Assembly (NCBI RefSeq): GCF_016026235.1
Contig: NZ_CP065613.1
Length of the DNA: 64,000 nt
DNA from: Escherichia coli
GTDB lineage: Bacteria; Pseudomonadota; Gammaproteobacteria; Enterobacterales; Enterobacteriaceae
Reading direction: 5' to 3' (one strand)
Positions 14,956-30,913 of this stretch are shown one piece after another (within the stretch, counting starts at the first letter, position 1; each line of letters begins with the position of its first letter). Both the position numbers and the translations under genes were made by a program. The notes below the pieces were generated by a model. The model was not told the DNA's origin. It saw only the letters and a list, made by a program, of their open reading frames with translations, and did no database searches.

Positions 14956-15960
14956 GTGAAACTGGATGAAATCGCTCGGCTGGCGGGAGTGTCGCGGACC
15001 ACTGCAAGCTATGTTATTAACGGCAAAGCGAAGCAATACCGTGTGAGCGACAAAACCGTTGAAAAAGTCATGGCTGTGGTGCGTGAGCACAATTACCACC
15101 CGAACGCCGTGGCAGCTGGGCTTCGTGCTGGACGCACACGTTCTATTGGTCTTGTGATCCCCGATCTGGAGAACACCAGCTATACCCGCATCGCTAACTA
15201 TCTTGAACGCCAGGCGCGGCAACGGGGTTATCAACTGCTGATTGCCTGCTCAGAAGATCAGCCAGACAACGAAATGCGCTGTATTGAGCACCTTTTACAG
15301 CGTCAGGTCGATGCCATTATTGTTTCGACGTCGTTGCCTCCTGAGCATCCTTTTTATCAACGCTGGGCTAACGACCCGTTCCCGATTGTCGCGCTTGACC
15401 GCGCCCTCGATCGTGAACACTTTACCAGCGTGGTTGGTGCCGATCAGGATGATGCCGAAATGCTGGCGGAAGAGTTACGTAAGTTTCCCGCCGAGACGGT
15501 GCTTTATCTTGGCGCGCTGCCGGAGCTTTCTGTCAGCTTCCTGCGTGAACAAGGTTTCCGTACTGCCTGGAAAGATGATCCGCGCGAAGTGCATTTCCTG
15601 TATGCCAACAGCTATGAGCGGGAGGCGGCTGCCCAGTTATTCGAAAAATGGCTGGAAACGCATCCGATGCCGCAGGCGCTGTTCACAACGTCGTTTGCGT
15701 TGTTGCAAGGAGTAATGGATGTCACGCTGCGTCGCGACGGCAAACTGCCTTCTGACCTGGCAATTGCCACCTTTGGCGATAATGAACTGCTCGACTTCTT
15801 ACAGTGCCCGGTGCTGGCAGTGGCTCAACGTCACCGCGATGTCGCAGAGCGTGTGCTGGAGATTGTCCTGGCAAGTCTGGACGAACCGCGTAAGCCAAAA
15901 CCTGGTTTAACGCGCATTAAACGTAATCTCTATCGCCGCGGCGTGCTCAGCCGTAGCTAA
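14956..15960 (+). CDS. cra: Catabolite repressor/activator Cra (FruR), LacI family
   Basis: GTG start; translation (M)[55 protein letters not shown]... (334 aa). Confidence 0.95.
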   Translation: MKLDEIARLAGVSRTTASYVINGKAKQYRVSDKTVEKVMAVVREHNYHPNAVAAGLRAGRTRSIGLVIPDLENTSYTRIANYLERQARQRGYQLLIACSEDQPDNEMRCIEHLLQRQVDAIIVSTSLPPEHPFYQRWANDPFPIVALDRALDREHFTSVVGADQDDAEMLAEELRKFPAETVLYLGALPELSVSFLREQGFRTAWKDDPREVHFLYANSYEREAAAQLFEKWLETHPMPQALFTTSFALLQGVMDVTLRRDGKLPSDLAIATFGDNELLDFLQCPVLAVAQRHRDVAERVLEIVLASLDEPRKPKPGLTRIKRNLYRRGVLSRS

Positions 15961-16561
15961 GCTGCGAACAAAAATACGCGCCAGGTGAATTTCACTCTGG
16001 TGCGTAGAGTACGGGACTGGACATCAATATCCTTAAAGTAAATAAGACTATTCCTGACTATTATTGATAAATGCTTTTAAACCCGCCCGTTAATTAACTC
16101 TCCAACTGAAATTCACAATAATTAAGTGATATCGACAGCGCGTTTTTGCATTATTTTGTTACATGCGGCGATGAATTGCCGATTTAACAAACACTTTTCT
16201 TTGCTTTTGCGCAAACCCGCTGGCATCAAGCGCCACACAGACGCAACAGGGACTGTTAACCGGGGAAGATATGTCCTAAAATGCCGCTCGCGTCGCAAAC
16301 TGACACTTTATATTTGCTGTGGAAAATAGTGAGTCATTTTAAAACGGTGATGACGATGAGGGATTTTTTCTTACAGCTATTCATAACGTTAATTTGCTTC
16401 GCACGTTGGACGTAAAATAAACAACGCTGATATTAGCCGTAAACATCGGGTTTTTTACCTCGGTATGCCTTGTGACTGGCTTGACAAGCTTTTCCTCCGC
16501 TCCGTAAACTCCTTTCAGTGGGAAATTGTGGGGCAAAGTGGGAATAAGGGGTGAGGCTGGC

Positions 16562-17020
16562 ATGTTCCGGGGAGCAACGTTAGTCAATCTCGACAGCAAA
16601 GGGCGCTTATCAGTGCCTACCCGTTATCGGGAACAGCTGCTTGAGAACGCTGCCGGTCAAATGGTTTGCACCATTGACATTCATCACCCGTGCCTGCTGC
16701 TTTACCCCCTGCCTGAATGGGAAATTATCGAGCAAAAATTATCGCGTCTGTCGAGCATGAACCCGGTTGAGCGCCGTGTGCAGCGCCTACTGTTAGGTCA
16801 TGCCAGCGAATGTCAGATGGATGGCGCAGGTCGATTGTTAATCGCGCCAGTACTGCGGCAACATGCCGGGCTGACAAAAGAAGTGATGCTGGTTGGACAG
16901 TTCAACAAGTTTGAGCTGTGGGATGAAACAACCTGGCATCAACAGGTCAAGGAAGATATCGACGCAGAGCAGTTGGCTACCGGAGACTTATCGGAGCGAC
17001 TGCAGGACTTGTCTCTATAA
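16562..17020 (+). CDS. mraZ: Transcriptional regulator MraZ
   Basis: Translation [27 protein letters not shown]... (152 aa); first gene of the dcw cluster. Confidence 0.95.
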
Positions 17021-17021
17021 A

Positions 17022-17963
17022 ATGATGGAAAACTATAAACATACTACGGTGCTGCTGGATGAAGCCGTTAATGGCCTCAATATCCGTCCTGATGGCATCT
17101 ACATTGATGGGACTTTTGGTCGCGGTGGTCACTCACGTCTGATCCTCTCGCAGCTTGGCGAAGAGGGGCGTTTGCTGGCGATCGATCGCGACCCGCAGGC
17201 TATCGCCGTTGCGAAGACTATTGATGATCCGCGCTTCTCCATCATCCACGGACCTTTTTCCGCGCTGGGCGAATACGTTGCCGAGCGCGATCTTATCGGC
17301 AAGATCGACGGCATTCTCCTCGATCTTGGTGTCTCTTCACCGCAACTTGATGATGCTGAACGCGGCTTTTCCTTTATGCGCGATGGTCCGCTGGACATGC
17401 GTATGGACCCAACCCGTGGGCAGTCAGCCGCTGAATGGCTACAAACCGCAGAAGAAGCCGATATCGCCTGGGTATTGAAAACCTATGGTGAAGAGCGTTT
17501 TGCCAAACGCATTGCCCGCGCCATTGTCGAGCGTAACCGCGAACAGCCGATGACCCGCACCAAAGAACTGGCGGAAGTCGTGGCTGCTGCAACGCCGGTG
17601 AAAGATAAGTTTAAACATCCCGCGACCCGTACCTTCCAGGCGGTGCGCATTTGGGTAAACAGTGAACTGGAGGAGATAGAGCAGGCGCTAAAAAGTTCGC
17701 TCAACGTGCTGGCCCCGGGTGGGCGGCTTTCGATCATCAGCTTCCACTCGCTGGAAGACCGTATTGTGAAACGTTTTATGCGTGAAAACAGCCGCGGTCC
17801 GCAAGTTCCGGCAGGGTTACCGATGACTGAAGAGCAGCTCAAAAAACTGGGTGGCCGTCAGCTGCGAGCACTAGGCAAGTTAATGCCGGGCGAAGAAGAG
17901 GTGGCTGAGAATCCTCGTGCCCGTAGTTCAGTTCTGCGTATTGCAGAGAGGACGAACGCATGA
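17022..17963 (+). CDS. rsmH: 16S rRNA m4C1402 methyltransferase RsmH (MraW)
   Basis: Translation [42 protein letters not shown]... (313 aa). Confidence 0.95.
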
Positions 17964-18325
17964 TCAGCAGAGTGACAGAAGCTCTAAGCAAAGTTAAAGG
18001 ATCGATGGGAAGCCACGAGCGCCATGCATTGCCTGGTGTTATCGGTGACGATCTTTTGCGATTTGGGAAGCTGCCACTCTGCCTGTTCATTTGCATTATT
18101 TTGACGGCGGTGACCGTGGTAACCACGGCGCACCATACCCGTTTACTGACCGCTCAGCGCGAACAACTGGTGCTGGAGCGAGATGCTTTAGACATTGAAT
18201 GGCGCAACCTGATCCTTGAAGAGAATGCGCTCGGCGACCATAGCCGGGTGGAAAGGATCGCCACGGAAAAGCTGCAAATGCAGCATGTTGATCCGTCACA
18301 AGAAAATATCGTAGTGCAAAAATAA
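17960..18325 (+). CDS. ftsL: Cell division protein FtsL
   Basis: 121-aa [29 protein letters not shown]..., single TM segment and leucine-zipper-like C-terminus. Confidence 0.95.
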
Positions 18326-18340
18326 GGATAAACGCGACGC

Positions 18341-20107
18341 ATGAAAGCAGCGGCGAAAACGCAGAAACCAAAACGTCAGGAAGAACATGCCAACTTTATC
18401 AGTTGGCGTTTTGCGTTGTTATGCGGCTGTATTCTCCTGGCGCTGGCTTTTCTGCTCGGACGCGTAGCGTGGTTACAAGTTATCTCCCCGGATATGCTGG
18501 TGAAAGAGGGCGACATGCGTTCTCTTCGCGTTCAGCAAGTTTCCACCTCCCGCGGCATGATTACTGACCGTTCTGGTCGCCCGTTAGCGGTGAGCGTGCC
18601 GGTAAAAGCGATTTGGGCTGACCCGAAAGAAGTGCATGACGCTGGCGGTATCAGCGTCGGTGACCGCTGGAAGGCGCTGGCTAACGCGCTCAATATTCCG
18701 CTGGATCAGCTTTCTGCCCGCATTAACGCCAACCCGAAAGGGCGCTTTATTTATCTGGCGCGTCAGGTAAACCCTGACATGGCGGACTACATCAAAAAAC
18801 TGAAACTGCCGGGAATTCATCTGCGTGAAGAATCTCGCCGTTATTATCCATCCGGCGAAGTGACTGCTCACCTCATCGGCTTTACTAACGTCGATAGTCA
18901 AGGTATTGAGGGCGTCGAGAAGAGTTTCGATAAATGGCTTACCGGGCAGCCGGGTGAGCGCATTGTGCGTAAAGACCGCTATGGTCGCGTAATTGAAGAT
19001 ATTTCTTCTACTGACAGCCAGGCTGCGCACAACCTGGCGCTGAGTATTGATGAACGCCTGCAGGCGCTGGTTTATCGCGAACTGAACAATGCGGTGGCCT
19101 TTAACAAGGCTGAATCTGGTAGCGCCGTGCTGGTGGATGTCAACACCGGTGAAGTGCTGGCGATGGCTAACAGCCCATCATACAACCCTAACAATCTGAG
19201 TGGCACGCCGAAAGAGGCGATGCGTAACCGTACCATCACCGACGTGTTTGAACCGGGCTCAACGGTTAAACCGATGGTGGTGATGACTGCGTTGCAACGT
19301 GGCGTGGTGCGGGAAAACTCGGTACTCAATACCGTTCCTTATCGAATTAACGGCCACGAAATCAAAGACGTGGCACGCTACAGCGAATTAACCCTGACCG
19401 GGGTATTACAGAAGTCGAGTAACGTCGGTGTTTCCAAGCTGGCGTTAGCGATGCCGTCCTCAGCGTTAGTAGATACTTACTCACGTTTTGGACTGGGAAA
19501 AGCGACCAATTTGGGGTTGGTCGGAGAACGCAGTGGCTTATATCCTCAAAAACAACGGTGGTCTGACATAGAGAGGGCCACCTTCTCTTTCGGCTACGGG
19601 CTAATGGTAACACCGTTACAGTTAGCGCGAGTCTACGCAACTATCGGCAGCTACGGCATTTATCGCCCACTGTCGATTACCAAAGTTGACCCCCCGGTTC
19701 CCGGTGAACGTGTCTTCCCGGAATCCATTGTCCGCACCGTGGTGCATATGATGGAAAGCGTGGCGCTACCGGGCGGCGGCGGCGTGAAGGCGGCGATTAA
19801 AGGCTATCGTATCGCCATTAAAACCGGTACCGCGAAAAAGGTCGGGCCGGACGGTCGCTACATCAATAAATATATTGCTTATACCGCAGGCGTTGCGCCT
19901 GCGAGTCAGCCGCGCTTCGCGCTGGTTGTTGTTATCAACGATCCGCAGGCGGGTAAATACTACGGCGGCGCCGTTTCCGCGCCGGTCTTTGGTGCCATCA
20001 TGGGCGGCGTATTGCGTACCATGAACATCGAGCCGGATGCGCTGACAACGGGCGATAAAAATGAATTTGTGATTAATCAAGGCGAGGGGACAGGTGGCAG
20101 ATCGTAA
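18341..20107 (+). CDS. ftsI: Peptidoglycan D,D-transpeptidase FtsI (PBP3)
   Basis: 588-aa [50 protein letters not shown]...; STVK and KTG motifs present. Confidence 0.95.
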   Translation: MKAAAKTQKPKRQEEHANFISWRFALLCGCILLALAFLLGRVAWLQVISPDMLVKEGDMRSLRVQQVSTSRGMITDRSGRPLAVSVPVKAIWADPKEVHDAGGISVGDRWKALANALNIPLDQLSARINANPKGRFIYLARQVNPDMADYIKKLKLPGIHLREESRRYYPSGEVTAHLIGFTNVDSQGIEGVEKSFDKWLTGQPGERIVRKDRYGRVIEDISSTDSQAAHNLALSIDERLQALVYRELNNAVAFNKAESGSAVLVDVNTGEVLAMANSPSYNPNNLSGTPKEAMRNRTITDVFEPGSTVKPMVVMTALQRGVVRENSVLNTVPYRINGHEIKDVARYSELTLTGVLQKSSNVGVSKLALAMPSSALVDTYSRFGLGKATNLGLVGERSGLYPQKQRWSDIERATFSFGYGLMVTPLQLARVYATIGSYGIYRPLSITKVDPPVPGERVFPESIVRTVVHMMESVALPGGGGVKAAIKGYRIAIKTGTAKKVGPDGRYINKYIAYTAGVAPASQPRFALVVVINDPQAGKYYGGAVSAPVFGAIMGGVLRTMNIEPDALTTGDKNEFVINQGEGTGGRS

Positions 20108-21581
20108 TTTGCGCGACCTTCTTGCTCCGTGGGTGCCAGACGCACCTTCGCGAGCACTGCGAGAGATGACACTCGACAGCCGTGTGGCTGCGGCGGGCGA
20201 TCTCTTTGTAGCTGTAGTAGGTCATCAGGCGGACGGGCGTCGATATATCCCGCAGGCGATAGCGCAAGGTGTGGCTGCCATTATTGCAGAGGCGAAAGGT
20301 GAGGCGACCGACGGTGAAATCCGTGAAATGCACGGCGTACCGGTCATCTATCTCAGCCAGCTCAACGAGCGTTTATCTGCGCTGGCGGGCCGCTTTTACC
20401 ATGAACCCTCTGACAATTTACGTCTCGTGGGCGTAACGGGCACCAACGGCAAAACCACGACGACCCAGCTGCTGGCGCAGTGGAGCCAACTGCTTGGCGA
20501 AACCAGCGCGGTAATGGGCACCGTTGGTAACGGTCTGCTTGGGAAAGTGATCCCGACAGAAAATACTACCGGTTCCGCAGTCGATGTTCAGCATGAGCTG
20601 GCGGGGCTGGTGGATCAGGGCGCGAATTTTTGCGCAATGGAAGTTTCCTCCCACGGGCTGGTACAGCACCGTGTGGCGGCATTGAAATTTGCGGCGTCGG
20701 TCTTTACCAACTTAAGCCGCGATCACCTTGATTATCATGGTGATATGGAACACTACGAAGCTGCGAAATGGCTGCTTTATTCTGAGCATCATTGCGGTCA
20801 GGCGATTATTAACGCCGACGATGAAGTGGGCCGCCGCTGGCTGGCAAAACTGCCGGACGCGGTTGCGGTATCAATGGAAGAGCATATCAATCCGAACTGT
20901 CACGGACGCTGGTTAAAAGCGATCGACGTGAACTATCACGACAGCGGTGCGACGATTCGCTTTAGCTCCAGTTGGGGCGATGGCGAAATTGAAAGCCATC
21001 TGATGGGCGCTTTTAACGTCAGCAACCTGCTGCTTGCGCTGGCGACACTGCTGGCACTCGGCTATCCATTGGCTGATCTGTTGAAAACCGCCGCGCGTCT
21101 GCAACCGGTTTGCGGACGTATGGAAGTGTTCACTGCGCCAGGCAAACCGACGGTGGTGGTGGATTACGCGCATACACCGGATGCACTGGAAAAAGCCTTA
21201 CAGGCGGCGCGTCTGCACTGTGCGGGCAAGCTGTGGTGTGTCTTTGGCTGTGGTGGCGATCGCGATAAAGGTAAGCGTCCACTGATGGGCGCAATTGCCG
21301 AAGAGTTTGCTGACGTGGCGGTGGTGACGGACGATAACCCGCGTACCGAAGAACCGCGTGCCATCATCAACGATATTCTGGCGGGAATGTTAGATGCCGG
21401 ACATGCAAAAGTGATGGAAGGCCGTGCTGAAGCGGTGACTTGCGCCGTTATGCAGGCTAAAGAGAACGATGTGGTGCTGGTCGCGGGCAAAGGCCATGAA
21501 GATTACCAGATTGTTGGCAATCAGCGTCTGGACTACTCCGATCGCGTCACGGTGGCGCGTCTGCTGGGGGTGATTGCATGA
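20094..21581 (+). CDS. murE: UDP-MurNAc-L-Ala-D-Glu:meso-diaminopimelate ligase
   Basis: 495-aa [62 protein letters not shown]... Confidence 0.95.
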   Translation: MADRNLRDLLAPWVPDAPSRALREMTLDSRVAAAGDLFVAVVGHQADGRRYIPQAIAQGVAAIIAEAKGEATDGEIREMHGVPVIYLSQLNERLSALAGRFYHEPSDNLRLVGVTGTNGKTTTTQLLAQWSQLLGETSAVMGTVGNGLLGKVIPTENTTGSAVDVQHELAGLVDQGANFCAMEVSSHGLVQHRVAALKFAASVFTNLSRDHLDYHGDMEHYEAAKWLLYSEHHCGQAIINADDEVGRRWLAKLPDAVAVSMEEHINPNCHGRWLKAIDVNYHDSGATIRFSSSWGDGEIESHLMGAFNVSNLLLALATLLALGYPLADLLKTAARLQPVCGRMEVFTAPGKPTVVVDYAHTPDALEKALQAARLHCAGKLWCVFGCGGDRDKGKRPLMGAIAEEFADVAVVTDDNPRTEEPRAIINDILAGMLDAGHAKVMEGRAEAVTCAVMQAKENDVVLVAGKGHEDYQIVGNQRLDYSDRVTVARLLGVIA

Positions 21582-22936
21582 TTAGCGTAACCCTTAGCCA
21601 ACTTACCGACATTCTCAACGGTGAACTGCAAGGTGCAGATATCACCCTTGATGCTGTAACCACTGATACCCGAAAACTGACGCCGGGCTGCCTGTTTGTT
21701 GCCCTGAAAGGCGAACGTTTTGATGCTCATGATTTTGCCGACCAGGCGAAAGCTGGCGGCGCAGGCGCACTACTGGTTAGCCGTCCGCTGGACATCGACC
21801 TGCCGCAGTTAATCGTCAAGGATACGCGTCTGGCGTTTGGTGAACTGGCTGCATGGGTTCGCCAGCAAGTTCCGGCGCGCGTGGTTGCTCTGACGGGGTC
21901 CTCCGGCAAAACCTCCGTTAAAGAGATGACGGCGGCGATTTTAAGCCAGTGCGGCAACACGCTTTATACGGCAGGCAATCTCAACAACGACATCGGTGTA
22001 CCGATGACGCTGTTGCGCTTAACGCCGGAATACGATTACGCAGTTATTGAACTTGGCGCGAACCATCAGGGCGAAATTGCCTGGACTGTGAGTCTGACTC
22101 GCCCGGAAGCTGCGCTGGTCAACAACCTGGCAGCGGCGCATCTGGAAGGTTTTGGCTCGCTTGCGGGTGTCGCGAAAGCGAAAGGTGAAATCTTTAGCGG
22201 CCTGCCGGAAAACGGTATCGCCATTATGAACGCCGACAACAACGACTGGCTGAACTGGCAGAGCGTAATTGGCTCACGCAAAGTGTGGCGTTTCTCACCT
22301 AATGCCGCCAACAGCGATTTCACCGCCACCAATATCCATGTGACTTCGCACGGTACGGAATTTACCCTGCAAACCCCAACCGGTAGCCTGGATGTTCTGC
22401 TGCCGTTGCCGGGGCGTCACAATATTGCGAATGCGCTGGCAGCCGCTGCGCTCTCCATGTCCGTGGGCGCAACGCTTGATGCTATCAAAGCGGGGCTGGC
22501 AAATCTGAAAGCTGTTCCAGGCCGTCTGTTCCCCATCCAACTGGCAGAAAACCAGTTGCTGCTCGACGACTCCTACAACGCCAATGTCGGTTCAATGACC
22601 GCAGCAGTCCAGGTACTGGCTGAAATGCCGGGCTACCGCGTGCTGGTGGTGGGCGATATGGCGGAACTGGGCGCTGAAAGCGAAGCCTGCCATGTACAGG
22701 TGGGCGAGGCGGCAAAAGCTGCTGGTATTGACCGTGTGTTAAGCGTGGGTAAACAAAGCCATGCTATCAGCACCGCCAGCGGCGTTGGCGAACATTTTGC
22801 AGATAAAACAGCGCTTATCGCGCGTCTTAAATCACTGATTGCTGAGCAACAGGTAATTACGATTTTAGTTAAGGGTTCACGTAGTGCCGCCATGGAAGAG
22901 GTAGTACGCGCTTTACAGGAGAATGGGACATGTTAG
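21578..22936 (+). CDS. murF: UDP-MurNAc-tripeptide:D-Ala-D-Ala ligase
   Basis: 452-aa [57 protein letters not shown]... Confidence 0.95.
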   Translation: MISVTLSQLTDILNGELQGADITLDAVTTDTRKLTPGCLFVALKGERFDAHDFADQAKAGGAGALLVSRPLDIDLPQLIVKDTRLAFGELAAWVRQQVPARVVALTGSSGKTSVKEMTAAILSQCGNTLYTAGNLNNDIGVPMTLLRLTPEYDYAVIELGANHQGEIAWTVSLTRPEAALVNNLAAAHLEGFGSLAGVAKAKGEIFSGLPENGIAIMNADNNDWLNWQSVIGSRKVWRFSPNAANSDFTATNIHVTSHGTEFTLQTPTGSLDVLLPLPGRHNIANALAAAALSMSVGATLDAIKAGLANLKAVPGRLFPIQLAENQLLLDDSYNANVGSMTAAVQVLAEMPGYRVLVVGDMAELGAESEACHVQVGEAAKAAGIDRVLSVGKQSHAISTASGVGEHFADKTALIARLKSLIAEQQVITILVKGSRSAAMEEVVRALQENGTC

Positions 22937-24012
22937 TTTGGCTGGCCGAACATTTGGTCAAATATTATTCCGGCTTTAACGTCTTTTCCTATCTGACGTT
23001 TCGCGCCATCGTCAGCCTGCTGACCGCGCTGTTCATCTCATTGTGGATGGGCCCGCGTATGATTGCTCATTTGCAAAAACTTTCCTTTGGTCAGGTGGTG
23101 CGTAACGACGGTCCTGAATCACACTTCAGCAAGCGCGGTACGCCGACCATGGGCGGGATTATGATCCTGACGGCGATTGTGATCTCCGTACTGCTGTGGG
23201 CTTACCCGTCCAATCCGTACGTCTGGTGCGTGTTGGTGGTGCTGGTAGGTTACGGTGTTATTGGCTTTGTTGATGATTATCGCAAAGTGGTGCGTAAAGA
23301 CACCAAAGGGTTGATCGCTCGTTGGAAGTATTTCTGGATGTCGGTCATTGCGCTGGGTGTCGCCTTCGCGCTGTACCTTGTCGGCAAAGACACGCCCGCA
23401 ACGCAGCTGGTTGTCCCATTCTTTAAAGATGTGATGCCGCAACTGGGGCTGTTCTACATTCTGCTGGCTTACTTCGTCATTGTGGGTACTGGCAACGCGG
23501 TAAACCTGACCGATGGTCTCGACGGTCTGGCAATTATGCCAACCGTATTTGTCGCCGGTGGTTTTGCGCTGGTGGCGTGGGCGACCGGCAACATGAACTT
23601 TGCCAGCTATTTACACATACCGTATCTGCGACACGCCGGGGAACTGGTTATTGTCTGTACCGCGATAGTCGGGGCAGGGCTGGGATTCCTGTGGTTTAAC
23701 ACCTATCCGGCGCAGGTCTTTATGGGCGATGTAGGTTCGCTGGCGTTAGGTGGTGCGTTAGGCATTATCGCCGTACTGCTACGTCAGGAATTCCTGCTGG
23801 TGATTATGGGGGGCGTGTTCGTGGTAGAAACGCTTTCTGTCATCCTGCAGGTCGGCTCCTTTAAACTGCGCGGACAACGTATTTTCCGCATGGCACCGAT
23901 TCATCACCACTATGAACTGAAAGGCTGGCCGGAACCGCGCGTCATTGTGCGTTTCTGGATTATTTCGCTGATGCTGGTCCTGATTGGTCTGGCAACGCTG
24001 AAGGTACGTTAA
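22930..24012 (+). CDS. mraY: Phospho-N-acetylmuramoyl-pentapeptide transferase
   Basis: 360-aa polytopic membrane [53 protein letters not shown]... Confidence 0.95.
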   Translation: MLVWLAEHLVKYYSGFNVFSYLTFRAIVSLLTALFISLWMGPRMIAHLQKLSFGQVVRNDGPESHFSKRGTPTMGGIMILTAIVISVLLWAYPSNPYVWCVLVVLVGYGVIGFVDDYRKVVRKDTKGLIARWKYFWMSVIALGVAFALYLVGKDTPATQLVVPFFKDVMPQLGLFYILLAYFVIVGTGNAVNLTDGLDGLAIMPTVFVAGGFALVAWATGNMNFASYLHIPYLRHAGELVIVCTAIVGAGLGFLWFNTYPAQVFMGDVGSLALGGALGIIAVLLRQEFLLVIMGGVFVVETLSVILQVGSFKLRGQRIFRMAPIHHHYELKGWPEPRVIVRFWIISLMLVLIGLATLKVR

Positions 24013-24014
24013 TC

Positions 24015-25331
24015 ATGGCTGATTACCAGGGTAAAAATGTTGTCATTATCGGCCTGGGCCTCACCGGGCTTTCCTGCGTGGACTTTTTCCTCGCTCGCGG
24101 TGTGACGCCGCGCGTTATGGATACGCGTATGACACCGCCTGGCCTGGATAAATTACCCGAAGCCGTAGAACGCCACACGGGCAGTCTGAATGATGAATGG
24201 CTGATGGCGGCAGATCTGATTGTCGCCAGTCCCGGTATTGCACTGGCGCATCCATCCTTAAGCGCTGCCGCTGATGCCGGAATCGAAATCGTTGGCGATA
24301 TTGAGCTGTTCTGTCGCGAAGCACAAGCACCGATTGTGGCGATTACCGGTTCTAACGGCAAAAGTACGGTCACCACGCTAGTGGGTGAAATGGCGAAAGC
24401 GGCGGGGGTTAACGTTGGTGTGGGTGGCAATATTGGCCTGCCTGCGTTGATGCTACTGGATGATGAGTGTGAACTATACGTGCTGGAACTGTCGAGCTTC
24501 CAGCTGGAAACCACCTCCAGCTTACAGGCGGTAGCAGCGACCATTCTGAACGTGACTGAAGATCATATGGATCGCTATCCGTTTGGTTTACAACAGTATC
24601 GTGCAGCAAAACTGCGCATTTACGAAAACGCGAAAGTTTGCGTGGTTAATGCTGATGATGCCTTAACAATGCCGATTCGCGGTGCGGATGAACGCTGCGT
24701 CAGCTTTGGCGTCAACATGGGTGACTATCACCTGAATCATCAGCAGGGCGAAACCTGGCTGCGGGTGAAAGGCGAGAAAGTGCTGAACGTGAAAGAAATG
24801 AAACTTTCCGGGCAGCATAACTACACCAATGCGCTCGCAGCACTGGCACTGGCAGACGCAGCTGGTTTGCCGCGCGCCAGCAGCCTGAAAGCATTAACCA
24901 CATTCACTGGTCTGCCGCATCGCTTTGAAGTTGTGCTGGAGCATAACGGCGTACGTTGGATTAACGATTCAAAAGCGACCAACGTCGGCAGTACGGAAGC
25001 GGCGCTGAATGGCCTGCACGTAGACGGCACGCTGCATTTGTTGCTGGGCGGCGATGGTAAATCGGCGGACTTTAGCCCACTGGCGCGTTACCTGAATGGC
25101 GATAACGTACGTCTGTATTGTTTCGGTCGTGACGGCGCGCAGCTGGCGGCGCTACGCCCGGAAGTGGCAGAACAAACCGAAACTATGGAACAGGCGATGC
25201 GCTTGCTGGCTCCGCGTGTTCAGCCGGGCGATATGGTTCTGCTCTCCCCGGCCTGTGCCAGCCTTGATCAGTTCAAGAACTTTGAACAACGAGGCAATGA
25301 GTTTGCCCGTCTGGCGAAGGAGTTAGGTTGA
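24015..25331 (+). CDS. murD: UDP-MurNAc-L-Ala:D-Glu ligase
   Basis: 438-aa [52 protein letters not shown]... Confidence 0.95.
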
Positions 25332-26575
25332 TGCGTTTATCTCTCCCTCGCCTGAAAATGCCGCGCCTGCCAGGATTCAGTATCCTGGTCTGGATCTCCA
25401 CGGCGCTAAAGGGCTGGGTGATGGGCTCGCGGGAAAAAGATACCGACAGCCTGATCATGTACGATCGCACCTTACTGTGGCTGACCTTCGGCCTCGCGGC
25501 GATTGGCTTTATCATGGTGACCTCGGCGTCAATGCCCATAGGGCAACGCTTAACCAACGATCCGTTCTTCTTCGCGAAGCGTGATGGCGTCTATCTGATT
25601 TTGGCGTTTATTCTGGCGATCATTACGCTGCGTCTGCCGATGGAGTTCTGGCAACGCTACAGTGCCACGATGCTGCTCGGATCTATCATCCTGCTGATGA
25701 TCGTGCTGGTAGTGGGTAGCTCGGTTAAAGGGGCATCGCGTTGGATCGATCTCGGTTTGCTGCGTATCCAGCCTGCGGAGCTGACAAAACTGTCGCTGTT
25801 TTGCTATATCGCCAACTATCTGGTGCGTAAAGGCGACGAAGTACGTAATAACCTGCGCGGCTTCCTGAAACCGATGGGCGTGATTCTGGTGTTGGCAGTG
25901 TTACTGCTGGCACAGCCAGACCTTGGTACGGTGGTGGTGTTGTTTGTGACTACGCTGGCGATGTTGTTCCTGGCGGGAGCGAAATTGTGGCAGTTCATTG
26001 CCATTATCGGTATGGGCATTTCAGCGGTTGTGTTGCTGATCCTCGCCGAACCGTACCGTATCCGCCGTGTTACCGCATTCTGGAACCCGTGGGAAGATCC
26101 CTTTGGCAGCGGCTATCAGTTAACGCAATCGCTGATGGCGTTTGGTCGCGGCGAACTGTGGGGACAAGGTTTAGGTAACTCGGTACAAAAACTGGAGTAT
26201 CTGCCGGAAGCGCACACTGACTTTATTTTCGCCATTATCGGCGAAGAACTGGGGTATGTCGGTGTGGTGCTGGCACTTTTAATGGTATTCTTCGTCGCTT
26301 TTCGTGCGATGTCGATTGGCCGCAAAGCGTTAGAAATTGACCACCGTTTTTCCGGTTTTCTCGCCTGTTCTATTGGCATCTGGTTTAGCTTCCAGGCGCT
26401 GGTTAACGTAGGCGCGGCGGCGGGGATGTTACCGACCAAAGGTCTGACATTGCCGCTGATCAGTTACGGTGGTTCGAGCTTACTGATTATGTCGACAGCC
26501 ATCATGATGCTGTTGCGTATTGATTATGAAACGCGTCTGGAGAAAGCGCAGGCGTTTGTACGAGGTTCACGATGA
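25331..26575 (+). CDS. ftsW: Cell division lipid II flippase/peptidoglycan polymerase FtsW (SEDS family)
   Basis: Translation [29 protein letters not shown]...; ATG at 25331 overlaps the murD stop. Confidence 0.95.
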
Positions 26576-27639
26576 GTGGTCAAGGAAAGCGATTAATGGT
26601 GATGGCAGGCGGAACCGGTGGACATGTATTCCCGGGACTGGCGGTTGCGCACCATCTAATGGCTCAGGGTTGGCAAGTTCGCTGGCTGGGGACTGCCGAC
26701 CGTATGGAAGCGGACTTAGTGCCAAAACATGGCATCGAAATTGATTTCATTCGTATCTCTGGTCTGCGTGGAAAAGGTATAAAAGCACTGATAGCTGCGC
26801 CGCTGCGTATCTTCAATGCCTGGCGTCAGGCGCGGGCGATTATGAAAGCGTACAAACCTGACGTGGTGCTCGGTATGGGCGGCTACGTATCAGGTCCTGG
26901 TGGTCTGGCCGCGTGGTCGTTAGGCATTCCGGTTGTACTTCATGAACAAAACGGTATTGCGGGCTTAACCAATAAATGGCTGGCGAAGATTGCCACCAAA
27001 GTGATGCAGGCGTTTCCAGGTGCTTTCCCCAATGCGGAAGTGGTGGGTAACCCGGTGCGTACCGATGTGTTGGCGCTACCGTTGCCGCAGCAACGTTTGG
27101 CTGGACGTGAAGGTCCGGTTCGTGTGCTGGTAGTGGGTGGTTCCCAGGGCGCACGCATTCTTAACCAGACAATGCCGCAGGTTGCTGCGAAACTGGGTGA
27201 TTCAGTCACTATCTGGCATCAGAGCGGCAAAGGTTCGCAACAATCCGTTGAACAGGCGTATGCCGAAGCGGGGCAGCCGCAGCATAAAGTGACTGAATTT
27301 ATTGATGATATGGCGGCGGCGTATGCGTGGGCGGATGTCGTCGTTTGCCGCTCCGGTGCTTTAACGGTGAGTGAAATCGCCGCGGCAGGACTACCGGCGT
27401 TGTTTGTGCCGTTTCAACATAAAGACCGCCAGCAATACTGGAATGCGCTACCGCTGGAAAAAGCGGGCGCAGCCAAAATTATCGAGCAGTCACAGCTTAG
27501 CGTGGATGCTGTCGCCAACACCCTGGCCGGGTGGTCGCGAGAAACCTTATTAACCATGGCAGAACGCGCCCGCGCTGCATCCATTCCGGATGCCACCGAG
27601 CGAGTGGCAAATGAAGTGAGCCGGGCTGCCCGGGCGTAA
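26572..27639 (+). CDS. murG: UDP-GlcNAc:MurNAc-pentapeptide GlcNAc transferase
   Basis: 355-aa [49 protein letters not shown]... Confidence 0.95.
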
Positions 27640-27692
27640 TTGTAGCGATGCCTTTTGCATCGTATGAATTTAAGAAGTTAATGGCGTAAAGA

Positions 27693-30081
<2,389 letters not shown>

Positions 30082-30082
30082 T

Positions 30083-30913
30083 ATGTCGCAGGCTGCTCTG
30101 AACACGCGAAACAGCGAAGAAGAGGTTTCTTCTCGCCGCAATAATGGAACGCGTCTGGCGGGGATCCTTTTCCTGCTGACCGTTTTAACGACAGTGTTGG
30201 TGAGCGGCTGGGTCGTGTTGGGCTGGATGGAAGATGCGCAACGCCTGCCGCTCTCAAAGCTGGTGTTGACCGGTGAACGCCATTACACGCGTAATGACGA
30301 TATCCGGCAGTCGATCCTGGCATTGGGTGAGCCGGGTACCTTTATGACCCAGGATGTCAACATCATCCAGACGCAAATAGAACAACGCCTGCCGTGGATT
30401 AAGCAGGTGAGCGTCAGAAAGCAGTGGCCTGATGAATTGAAGATTCATCTGGTTGAATATGTGCCGATTGCGCGGTGGAATGATCAACATATGGTAGACG
30501 CGGAAGGAAACACCTTTAGCGTGCCGCCAGATCGCACCAGCAAGCAGGTGCTTCCAATGCTGTATGGCCCGGAAGGCAGCGCCAATGAAGTGTTGCAGGG
30601 CTATCGCGAAATGGGGCAGATGCTGGCAAAGGACAGATTTACTCTGAAGGAAGCGGCGATGACCGCGCGGCGTTCCTGGCAGTTGACGCTGAATAACGAT
30701 ATTAAGCTCAATCTTGGCCGGGGCGATACGATGAAACGTTTGGCTCGCTTTGTAGAACTTTATCCGGTTTTACAGCAGCAGGCGCAAACCGATGGCAAAC
30801 GGATTAGCTACGTTGATTTGCGTTATGACTCTGGAGCGGCAGTAGGCTGGGCGCCCTTGCCGCCAGAGGAATCTACTCAGCAACAAAATCAGGCACAGGC
30901 AGAACAACAATGA
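30083..30913 (+). CDS. ftsQ: Cell division protein FtsQ
   Basis: 276-aa [54 protein letters not shown]... Confidence 0.95.
   Translation: MSQAALNTRNSEEEVSSRRNNGTRLAGILFLLTVLTTVLVSGWVVLGWMEDAQRLPLSKLVLTGERHYTRNDDIRQSILALGEPGTFMTQDVNIIQTQIEQRLPWIKQVSVRKQWPDELKIHLVEYVPIARWNDQHMVDAEGNTFSVPPDRTSKQVLPMLYGPEGSANEVLQGYREMGQMLAKDRFTLKEAAMTARRSWQLTLNNDIKLNLGRGDTMKRLARFVELYPVLQQQAQTDGKRISYVDLRYDSGAAVGWAPLPPEESTQQQNQAQAEQQ

Noticed and set aside
16126-16329. 67-aa ORF upstream of mraZ
   Set aside because: Falls in the known promoter region of the dcw cluster; no coding signal.
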